This document shows positions 51,172 to 59,172 of a DNA stretch of 59,172 nucleotides, piece by piece. Below the pieces are notes generated by a model. It ran no database searches and was not told the DNA's origin. It saw only the letters and a list, made by a program, of their open reading frames with translations. A program made the position numbers and the translations under genes. How positions within the stretch are numbered: position 1 is the first letter of the stretch; the number at the start of each line of letters is the position of its first letter. The stretch lies in the sequence record DRR723986_639; one strand, written 5' to 3'.

Positions 51172-52197
51172 CTAGCAAAGGGCAGCTTGTGCTTCAGCGT
51201 TAGCCCGCAAGAAATCAGCCTGTTGCATGAAGACTTGCAACGACTCCTTTATAGCCTCTCGGACAGGCGTCGCGGACCACTCGGGAAAGTCGGCTGGGAA
51301 TCTCCGCGACTGGATATCGCAGATAAACGGCACGCTTTGGTTACCGACGGAGACATCGCAAGCTAGATTCAACTCCGTCGCCGCTTCGCGAATTTCGGTG
51401 GCGAACTGCTCGCTGGAAAGAGTACTACTTGGGAATGTATAGCAAGCGTACCCCGGCTCAACGCGTTGACTCAGCATACCAACCGCTGCGCCAACATCGG
51501 GTGCGTACTGGTAATCTTGTTTGCTTGCAAAGGGGATTTCGTAAGGCTTGCCGAGGGCAACGTGTTTCATTGCAGTGGTCGGTGAACTGGTCAATCCGGC
51601 ATCACGCCCGGGACCGAACAGAACCGCTGGCCGGACTGATGCGGCAGAAACACCTGTCTCCTCCAAGAACTGCCGGCAAAGGTGCTCACCAGCCAGCTTC
51701 CAAACTCCGTATGGATTGACCGGCAGTGGCTGGACATCTTCGGAAACTGTTTCACCGGCATAGTGACTCCGCGGGCCATACACGGCTACTGAGCTTGCGT
51801 AGACAACCCGGTTGACCGGAGCATCTGATGCTTTGACGGCTTCGAGCAGGTTCTGGGTACCGGCCAAGTTGATCTGCAGGCCAAGATCGCGATGGTCATT
51901 GCAGTCCGGCGTCTGCAGGGCCGCCATGTGGACAATTCGGGTCGCTTGGTGGTCCGCGAGGATTGTCGCCAGAGTCTGTTGATCGCGTATATCGACGGTC
52001 TCAAACAACACGCGCGATGACGCAACCTGTCCAAGCGCTCGGTCGATTCGCTGCTGAGTCAGATTTCTGGTCAGGATGACGATTTGGTCGTTTGTTTGGC
52101 TGAGCAGCCATTTAACAACTTCGGCGCCTATACATCCTAATCCACCGGTTACGACAGTCGTTTCAGACACAGCACCAATTCCCAAATTATTAGACAT
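51172..52197 (-). CDS. NAD-dependent epimerase/dehydratase (extended SDR)
   Basis: VTGGLGCIG, VHMAALQ, INLAGTQNLLE, YASSVAVYG, YGVWK. Confidence 0.88.
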   Translation of the reverse strand: MSNNLGIGAVSETTVVTGGLGCIGAEVVKWLLSQTNDQIVILTRNLTQQRIDRALGQVASSRVLFETVDIRDQQTLATILADHQATRIVHMAALQTPDCNDHRDLGLQINLAGTQNLLEAVKASDAPVNRVVYASSVAVYGPRSHYAGETVSEDVQPLPVNPYGVWKLAGEHLCRQFLEETGVSAASVRPAVLFGPGRDAGLTSSPTTAMKHVALGKPYEIPFASKQDYQYAPDVGAAVGMLSQRVEPGYACYTFPSSTLSSEQFATEIREAATELNLACDVSVGNQSVPFICDIQSRRFPADFPEWSATPVREAIKESLQVFMQQADFLRANAEAQAALC

Positions 52198-52298
52198 GCT
52201 GCCACAGAGAAGACAGTCAATGCTAACATTTCTGAACTATCGGCGGGACAAAACGACCGCGACTTTTCGGTTTTACCCAGCGATCGCCTCAGGCGGCA

Positions 52299-54095
52299 CT
52301 ACGCGGCCTTCTTGCTCGGAAGAGCAAGGTCGAAGAGCCCGAAGATCTCGTCGCGTGACAGGCCGGTCTGCTTGGGGGCAGAGTCGTCAGCAAAAAGCTG
52401 ATTGAAAAGCTCACGCTTCTGCTCGAGGACGTCGTGGATTCGCTCCTCGATCGTGCCCGCCGCCATCATCCTGCTGACGGTCACGGCACCAGCGGCTCCG
52501 ATTCGGTGAGCTCGGTTGATCGCTTGATCTTCGATAGCGGGGTTCCACCAGCGATCGAACAGGAAGACATACTCGCAGAACTGCAGATTCAATCCCACGC
52601 TCCCAGCGCCGTAACTCATCAGAATCATGTGCTTCGATGGGTCTTCCTTGAACTGCTTGATGACTCCGTCACGTTTCTTGGACGGAATGCGACCATGGTA
52701 CTGCATGGGGCCGAACCGCTTTAACGGTTCAGCGATATGCTCAAGCGATTCAACCCACTGACTGAAGACAATGGCTTTTTTACCGCTAGCGGCAATCTCC
52801 TCCATATCCGCCTCCAGACGCTCCAACTTGCAGCTTGAACCGGTCACCGGATCGAAGTTGCAAATCTGCTTCAGGCGAAGTACCAATTCGAAGACATGCT
52901 GGATGGTCAGCGTTTCCCCCATGTCGGTCAGTTGTACGATGCCATCGTCCTCGGCACTGCGGTAGCTGTCCATCTGAGCTGGCGTCAGGTCAAGCTGATC
53001 ATCGCGGTACATCTTCGGAGGCATGTCCGTGAGCACTTTGTCCTTTGTCCGACGGATGATGTAATCCTTGGACGCTTCACACACCTGCTTCAGATGCATA
53101 TCGGTGTGCAAGTAGCCGGGTGCGAGGAACTCGAAGATGTTGACCAGGTCTTCTACAGAATTCTCAATCGGCGTTCCGGTCAGAGCCCAAGAACGCGTCC
53201 GTGGCAAAGCGCGTACGACCTCGGCGGTGGTGCTGTTCTTATTCTTGATGCGTTGAGCTTCGTCGAGCACCACGAGGTCGAAGTGCGTACGTTCGTCGTC
53301 AAGGATATGCTGATCGCGCATCAGCAATTCATAATTTGCGATTCGAACCGGCAGGTTGTGTTGCTGCCAAATCATATTCCGCTTTGCCGCATCACCTTCA
53401 ATCACAGTGACCGGGATTTCCGGAGCCCACAACCCGAACTCGCGTACCCAGTTGGTGACCAATGGCTTGGGACATACAAGCAAAACGTTGCGCACTTGCG
53501 ACGACCGTAGCAGCATTCGTACAGTTGTAATTGCTTGCATCGTTTTTCCGAGCCCCATTTCGTCAGCCAGGATGGCTGCTTCGCGGGGAAACAGAAATGC
53601 GACGCCATCCATTTGATAAGGGAATGGCTCGAAAGGAAACTCTAAACGCGAACCGGACAGCAGCATCTCCAGCGGTGGCTGCAGTACAAAGTACAACCGG
53701 TCTTCCAATTTGACCAAGTCTTCCGGTGGCTTGATCCGCGTTCCCTTGCCGCCCGAACGTTTCTTGTTGCCGGACTGATCAGTTGGTTCCTTGGGCTTGG
53801 CCGCGGGAGCATCTTCCTCGCCCAACAAGCCAGATGCTTCTGGGAATTCCAACCCGACCGTTTTGGGCAGTCGCGAGGTTAGGCGAATTGCGTTGACGGT
53901 TACATCAAGTGGCTCGTTCGCCCTTTGGCTCTGCACCTGGATATCCGGCACTTCGATCAACGCACGACGATCAAACTGCTCAAGCGACAGCAAGTCAGCC
54001 ATTTCGACTGGGTCGACAGCCCAAGAGCGGTGCATCGAAATGTCCGCCCATTCTTTTTCGGATGGGCGTGTTGGCTGTCCGTCCAAGTCGTTCAA
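52299..54095 (-). CDS. SNF2-family (DEAD/DEAH-box) helicase/translocase
   Basis: ILADEMGLGKT, LDEAQRIKN, ALTGTPIEN, IRRTK, LKQICN, FSQW, GSVGLNLQ, FDRWWNPAIEDQAINRAHRIG. Confidence 0.93.
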   Translation of the reverse strand: MNDLDGQPTRPSEKEWADISMHRSWAVDPVEMADLLSLEQFDRRALIEVPDIQVQSQRANEPLDVTVNAIRLTSRLPKTVGLEFPEASGLLGEEDAPAAKPKEPTDQSGNKKRSGGKGTRIKPPEDLVKLEDRLYFVLQPPLEMLLSGSRLEFPFEPFPYQMDGVAFLFPREAAILADEMGLGKTMQAITTVRMLLRSSQVRNVLLVCPKPLVTNWVREFGLWAPEIPVTVIEGDAAKRNMIWQQHNLPVRIANYELLMRDQHILDDERTHFDLVVLDEAQRIKNKNSTTAEVVRALPRTRSWALTGTPIENSVEDLVNIFEFLAPGYLHTDMHLKQVCEASKDYIIRRTKDKVLTDMPPKMYRDDQLDLTPAQMDSYRSAEDDGIVQLTDMGETLTIQHVFELVLRLKQICNFDPVTGSSCKLERLEADMEEIAASGKKAIVFSQWVESLEHIAEPLKRFGPMQYHGRIPSKKRDGVIKQFKEDPSKHMILMSYGAGSVGLNLQFCEYVFLFDRWWNPAIEDQAINRAHRIGAAGAVTVSRMMAAGTIEERIHDVLEQKRELFNQLFADDSAPKQTGLSRDEIFGLFDLALPSKKAA

Positions 54096-54133
54096 TGCAG
54101 CGTCCTTGCTATCGACAACTTATTTAGTTGCTT

Positions 54134-54256
54134 GGTGGGTTGCACCGGGTCGGTGGGTTCCGGAGCGGTAGGTTGCGTCCACCCTGCGAATTCTGAGTGA
54201 TCGCACTGGGGTGAATTAGGCTATTGGTGGGTTGCACCCACCCTACGAATTCTGAG
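54134..54256 (-). repeat. Cluster of GTAG-type REP elements (two 31-bp tandem copies plus a partial copy)
   Basis: 54167..54197 and 54226..54256 match at 27/31 positions. The reverse complement of the best copy is GTAG-GGTGGGTGCAACCCACC. A partial copy lies at 54134..54146. Confidence 0.75.
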
Positions 54257-54293
54257 GGTATCGGCGGGTTGGTTCCCGGGGTCAAATTCTGTG

Positions 54294-54824
54294 TTAGGCG
54301 GCTCGGGCGACGGGATGAGCCTCCAAGAGTGCTTCGGCAACTCGGAGAAACGGCTCGGTGAAGTCAAAATTGGCTGACACGTCGGCGACCATCGCGTTCA
54401 ACGTTTCTGCGTTCGTGCCCGAATCGGCGGCAATTAACAATTGCGCTCGCTCGAGGTCAACCTTCTTCCAATCAGGCGACGTCTTTCCTGGCACTCGTAG
54501 CCCAGGTGCACTTTGGTGATCCGCTTGAACCATCGCAACGGCTTGCTTGCTAACTTGTCCGACTGCCATAACACTCGGTGTGTCTGTCAGCACGAGATCA
54601 CATTTGACTTTCGCCTTCGTGACGAGTGCTTTGGCAATCTGTTCGCCTGCGACAAAATCATCAATGGTTGGACCGTACAGCAATTGCTGGGCTCTGCTGG
54701 GCTTCACAGCCACGGTGCAATGAAACTCAAGTGGTCGTGCCAGGCGATTGACGCTCAACAGCCCGCCAAAGTAGCCATGGTCGGCGTGGTGTCGGACACA
54801 GAGAAAACCAAGAGTCGTCGTCAT
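54294..54824 (-). CDS. Conserved-looking hypothetical protein
   Basis: GYFGGLLSVN..ARPLEFHCT..VKPSRAQQLLYG and EPFLRVAEAL.EA; GAGGGA SD upstream of ATG 54824. Confidence 0.8.
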   Translation of the reverse strand: MTTTLGFLCVRHHADHGYFGGLLSVNRLARPLEFHCTVAVKPSRAQQLLYGPTIDDFVAGEQIAKALVTKAKVKCDLVLTDTPSVMAVGQVSKQAVAMVQADHQSAPGLRVPGKTSPDWKKVDLERAQLLIAADSGTNAETLNAMVADVSANFDFTEPFLRVAEALLEAHPVARAA

Positions 54825-55392
54825 GCATTCCCTCAAACGTTATTCTTCCAGAGCATTGCCAGCTCGACCGGTCATCGCAGAACGATGGCGGCACCGTACA
54901 TACAGTTCGGAAGACGGATTAAGTCGACTTTAATACCGATCGATGCTCCGCATATTCCACGCAAAGAACGCACAGCCCCCAAACCAACAATGTTGTCTGG
55001 GAGCTTGCCGCTTCGTGTCATTCGCTCCACGACATCAAGTCGCTGTGGCTTGCTAAAGCTGTATTCTCGCCACTCCAATTCACTCGCAAGGAGGGAAACG
55101 GGAATTTAAGGCGGCCCTCGACCGGCAAAAGATAAGGCGTTTTGTTGCTTTGGAAGGTTTCTTGGAGAAAAGGTGTTAATTTGTAACGATCAGTCAAAGT
55201 TTAGCGGCACGTCGGGACGATACCTTCTCCTGTCGAGAGTTTCACGCTGGTTCGCTGGCGAGCGACTCAAGACAGGGGGGTTCGAAAACTAGATTATTGC
55301 TTGAGTTCACTTGGGCTAAGCTGCCAGTGCGCCTCGTCGGTGCCTGCTTGCTTGGATCACGTGCAGGCAAACTCTGTTGGACCCTAATAGCC

Positions 55393-57822
55393 ATGCGTCG
55401 CTCAACCATCCGATTGATCGCCATCATTCAAATCGGCTTGATGCTCTTCACTGGGTGTCACCCAACTCAGCCGTTCTTCATCGAGCGTAATCCTTCGCTA
55501 GCAAATTACATTGCTCAGCAAGTTGATATTGAATACGCCGACGTTCACGTCGAAAGCTTGCCTGAGGCAACTGATACGCTGGCACCTTACGGGCCAACGA
55601 ATCTGCCCAGCGACTATATCGAGCTTACGCTTGAAGACTGCATCAGCATGGCACTTCAGAACGCAAAGATCCTTCGCGTCGTGCCAGGTTACAACGCTGT
55701 AACCGGCCCCGTCAGTGCAACTCAGTTGAGTGCACAACCGGGACAGATGCCAAGCGTTTACGATCCCGCACTGGCGGTGACCACTTCCAATACTCAGCCA
55801 CTCACGGTCGACTCGCAAGGCACGCGTGTCGCTCCACGAGGAGCCGTTCGTTCCAATCAGGTTGGTGGTGTCGAGGATGCGTTGGCCGAATTCGATGCAC
55901 AGTTTTCGGCTCTGATGGGCTACAACACCACGGATCGTCCGAGAAATGTGGGGCCCGGCAACGACTTCAATCCGCAGTTGTTTGATGCAACCGATGCGAA
56001 TGCTCAAGCGGCCATCTCGAAGCGACACGCGACGGGTACGATCACAACCATTCGAGCCACTTCGGTTTACTCTCGCAACAACATTCCTGTGGGAATTGGT
56101 CGCGCTGTCCCGAGTGACTACACGACTGCCCTCGAGTTGCAGATTAACCAACCACTGCTTCGCGGTCGAGGAACGTTGATCAATCGCATTCCGCTGATCC
56201 TAGCTCGTGGCAACGAAGAGATCGCGACGCGAGAATTCGAAATCGCGGTCCGCAATCTGATTCAACAAGTTGAGCATGCCTACTGGGATCTCTACTGCGA
56301 CTACCGAGCATTCGACGCTTCGTCCCGCAGTCGTGACCGAGCTCTAACCGTATGGCAGACTTCGTATGCGAAGCTATCCGTTGGAGAAGGGGATCCGGCA
56401 GCAGTATCGAACGCTCGCGGACGTTACTTCCAGTTCCAAGCTCAGATGCAATCCGCCCTTTATGGATCCAACGCCCCAGGCAGTGACCCGAACGGAGTCT
56501 TCGGAAGCGAACGACGCCTGCGTCACCTGCTCGGCTGGGGAGCAAACGATGATCGTTGTATCCGCCCTGCTGATGCACCAAACTTTGCACGAGTCCATTT
56601 CAACTGGCACGAAGCCGTTGCAGAAGCACTTGTACGAAATTCAGAGCTAAACCGTCAGAAGTGGGCAATCAAGCAAGACGAATTGGAACTGATCTCCGCT
56701 CGCAACCAGGTCCTACCACAACTTGACCTTGTCGGATTCTACCGCTGGTTGGGAGTGGGTGATGAACTCGCGGCGGCAGACCGCACGAGTGCACGATTCC
56801 CAGCCGCTGGCAGCAACTCATTTCAAGAACTCACTAGCGGTGACTTCCAAGAGGTCGGAGCACGAATCGAATTCACTCCTCAAGCCTTCGGGAAACGTCG
56901 AGCGAACTTGAACATCCAATCCTCCCGATTGAATCTAAAGAAGACTCAAGCGGAGATGCAGGACAAGGAAATTGCACTCGTCTTTGAACTTGCTGATGCC
57001 TGGGCTCAAATCGAGGCGAGCTATCAACAAATGTTCACGCAAGAGCAACGATTCAACGCCATCGAAGAAGAAATTCGTGCCTACGAGGCAAAGTTCCAGG
57101 AAGGGGCCGACCCCAACTTGAGCAACCTTCTCGATCTTCTCCTTCGAGCTGAAGAGCTTCGAGCTCAAACGGAAACTCAGTACTTCGCCGAAGTGTGCGA
57201 GTACAACAAGGCTATCGTCAACTTCCACCTTCTCAAGGGTTCCTTGATGGACCTGAACAACATCCAGCTCCGCGAGGGTGCTTGGGTCGACAAGGCTTAC
57301 TGGGATGCAGAAGAGCGAGCTCGTGAACGTGCAGGTGGCATCTACTTTGACTACGGCTACACCCGTCCAAGTGTTGTCAGCAACGGTCCGGTTCACCAAG
57401 GTGATTACTACGGCACTCCAGCCAACACGACGACCACCTTCGGTGACCAAGGAGCCGCTTCCGAGGCAATCGAAATGGATAACAGTCCACCAGAAGAAGT
57501 CTCGCCACCTGAAAGCATCATGGAATCTGACGCTCCACAACTCCCCACCAAGAACAGCCCAATGGCAAGCTTCTCTCGACAGTCGCCGGTACAAGCGGCA
57601 AGTGCCACCAACGATGGCTACGAGTGGGGGGACTTGGGAATGCAAGCTGGCCGATCGCCAGCACCACAGGTGGTCAGCACCGGTGCTCGCTACTCGATCA
57701 CCGATTCAGCCAGCAGCGAACAAGCTACCGCGGGCAACCGTCGCATCGTGACGCGTCCCAACCGCAGCCAAGCAGCCGGTGGTACTCAGTCCAGCGACGC
57801 CATTCGATGGACACGCCGCTAG
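55393..57822 (+). CDS. TolC-family outer membrane (lipo)protein with long low-complexity C-terminus
   Basis: Lipobox LFTGC; OEP-like motifs LTLEDCISMALQN, QINQPLLRG, VEHAYWDL, ARNQVLPQLD and YNKAIVNF. ATG at 55393. Confidence 0.82.
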   Translation: MRRSTIRLIAIIQIGLMLFTGCHPTQPFFIERNPSLANYIAQQVDIEYADVHVESLPEATDTLAPYGPTNLPSDYIELTLEDCISMALQNAKILRVVPGYNAVTGPVSATQLSAQPGQMPSVYDPALAVTTSNTQPLTVDSQGTRVAPRGAVRSNQVGGVEDALAEFDAQFSALMGYNTTDRPRNVGPGNDFNPQLFDATDANAQAAISKRHATGTITTIRATSVYSRNNIPVGIGRAVPSDYTTALELQINQPLLRGRGTLINRIPLILARGNEEIATREFEIAVRNLIQQVEHAYWDLYCDYRAFDASSRSRDRALTVWQTSYAKLSVGEGDPAAVSNARGRYFQFQAQMQSALYGSNAPGSDPNGVFGSERRLRHLLGWGANDDRCIRPADAPNFARVHFNWHEAVAEALVRNSELNRQKWAIKQDELELISARNQVLPQLDLVGFYRWLGVGDELAAADRTSARFPAAGSNSFQELTSGDFQEVGARIEFTPQAFGKRRANLNIQSSRLNLKKTQAEMQDKEIALVFELADAWAQIEASYQQMFTQEQRFNAIEEEIRAYEAKFQEGADPNLSNLLDLLLRAEELRAQTETQYFAEVCEYNKAIVNFHLLKGSLMDLNNIQLREGAWVDKAYWDAEERARERAGGIYFDYGYTRPSVVSNGPVHQGDYYGTPANTTTTFGDQGAASEAIEMDNSPPEEVSPPESIMESDAPQLPTKNSPMASFSRQSPVQAASATNDGYEWGDLGMQAGRSPAPQVVSTGARYSITDSASSEQATAGNRRIVTRPNRSQAAGGTQSSDAIRWTRR

Positions 57823-58020
57823 CGAAGACGAATCATTGCAGACTCCCAGTCCAGTCGTCTCCGGGGGGCGGCGACTGAGGCTGGGAACATCTGCGATATC
57901 TTGTCTATCCGACGCCGGCAACCAACAAATCAAGAAGTGCAAAGAAGAACTATGCGAGCTTAAGAAGAGAATTCAATTGAGAACAGCTTTGCTGTGAACG
58001 AGTGCAAGGGGGCACTTCTC

Positions 58021-58061
58021 GTGACGGGTCTCGGAAAGCTAGTCTTTCCGTGGCCCGTTAC
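58021..58061. terminator. Long inverted repeat between the TolC-like gene and scpA
   Basis: gtgacgggtctcggaaag / ctttccgtggcccgttac form a stem of about 17 bp with G-U pairs and one mismatch. Confidence 0.5.
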
Positions 58062-58132
58062 GAACATCTTATCAAACACTTGTCTCAGAGCACTACGATT
58101 GCTCTAGACACTCTCCACCAAGGACTTACCGC

Positions 58133-58948
58133 GTGTCATTTCTCGTCGATGTAGAACAATACAGTGGACCGCTTGAGCTGCTGCTCCACATTGTTCGCCG
58201 TGAGGAACTCTCGCTGGATGTAATTCCACTGGCCACGGTAACCAACCAGTACCTTGAGTACTTGGATGTTCTCGAAGTGCTTGAGATCGACGACGTGGCC
58301 GACTTCATCGAAGTCGCCAGTGTTCTGGTCGAGATGAAAGCGAAAGCTTCTGTCCCTCGTCCCGAGGAAGAAGCCGAGGAGGTCATCGAAGGCGACGCTC
58401 CACTTCGCGAAGGCGAGTTGGTCCACCGTCTGATTGAGTACAAGCGGATTCGCGATGCGGCCAGCATTCTTGATGAGCAGGGGCACCGCTGGCAGTTGCG
58501 ATACCGTCGGCAAGCTGACGATTTACCGACGCGACGCATTGAAATTGGCCAGCAGGCCATCGAACCCATTGAGGTTTGGGATTTGGTCAGTGCATTCGGG
58601 CGAATTCTCCGCGAGAGTCAGCCGCCGCCGTCGGAAAAGGTGATGTATGACGATACGCCGATCCATGAATACATGGAGCGTATTCACGCCTTGGTCTGCG
58701 AGCGTGGTACGGTTGAGTTGACGACATTGTTCGAGCCTGGCATGCACAAGAGTTCTTTGGTGGCGATGTTCCTGGCGACCCTCGAACTCACTCGCCACTA
58801 CGGACTGACGACCACTCAAAACGCCACCGGGCAGCCGCTGGAACTTGTTGCCGGACCGGAATTCGTCCGACAGCTCGACGTCCATCAGATCGACAACTTG
58901 TCGTTTGAGAAGATGGCCAACTCCAACATGCCAGTCGCCGGCCGGTAG
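58133..58948 (+). CDS. scpA: Segregation and condensation protein A
   Basis: YSGPLELLLHIV, VTNQYLEYL, ADFIEVASVLVEMKAK, LVHRLIEYK, VAMFLATLEL. Confidence 0.92.
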   Translation: MSFLVDVEQYSGPLELLLHIVRREELSLDVIPLATVTNQYLEYLDVLEVLEIDDVADFIEVASVLVEMKAKASVPRPEEEAEEVIEGDAPLREGELVHRLIEYKRIRDAASILDEQGHRWQLRYRRQADDLPTRRIEIGQQAIEPIEVWDLVSAFGRILRESQPPPSEKVMYDDTPIHEYMERIHALVCERGTVELTTLFEPGMHKSSLVAMFLATLELTRHYGLTTTQNATGQPLELVAGPEFVRQLDVHQIDNLSFEKMANSNMPVAGR

Positions 58949-59000
58949 CTTCGCCACTCCCAAGTTCTGCCCATCCCTCGCCTGTCACCTCTTCCCATCA

Positions 59001-59172
59001 CGCCCTGCCTCTGGGAGCGGTCGGTCGTCGGCCCGGGAGAGGGTTCTTCATTGGCTAGCCCCAACTTGAGCGTCAGCCCGGCATGGCTCTTCAATTCCGC
59101 TAGATCCACTGATCTTCCGGCACAACGCTGCACCCCTGCTAGGCCCCCTCCCGCTCGCAAGACTCGCGACCT
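59001..59172. repeat. REP/REPIN-like element: one unit at 59015..59043 and an oppositely oriented related unit running off the window end
   Basis: 59015..59043 matches 1..29 at 26/29. The terminal ccccctcccg...gacct is complementary in outline to the aggtc...gggagaggg unit. Confidence 0.65.

Noticed and set aside
54134-54256. Mini CRISPR array
   Set aside because: Only two full units, which are degenerate and have REP (GTAG + palindrome) architecture; no cas genes in the window.
52299-54824. SNF2 helicase plus neighbour as an anti-phage defence system
   Set aside because: No methylase, nuclease, PLD or other defence-associated partner, and the context looks like core genome.

Overview
A gene-dense chromosomal segment from a planctomycete, probably Pirellulaceae-like. 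The assignment is inferred from a DUF1549/DUF1553 cytochrome c + DUF1501 pair, a PVC-type heme-binding CxxCH protein, DUF1559 and planctomycete-style palindromic repeats. It has about 37 CDSs, mostly housekeeping or typical planctomycete genes (rhaB, an ABC exporter pair, HtrA protease, folC, hemL, yebC, lhgO, SNF2 helicase, TolC-like lipoprotein, scpA). No integrase, transposase, phage gene or CRISPR array was seen. The main hidden feature is invisible in the ORF track: a minus-strand tRNA(CAU), most like tRNA-Ile2, at 13338..13687. It is split between U33 and C34 by a 276-nt group I intron with recognisable P, Q, R and S elements and a terminal G. Other notable items are a 2365-aa internally duplicated envelope protein with an internal signal-peptide-like segment, an RmlC-RmlD fusion whose RmlC half has lost its catalytic residues, three families of REP-like repeats, and a candidate rod-like structured RNA in a long intergenic gap. 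All family assignments come from reading motifs by eye, not from database searches.
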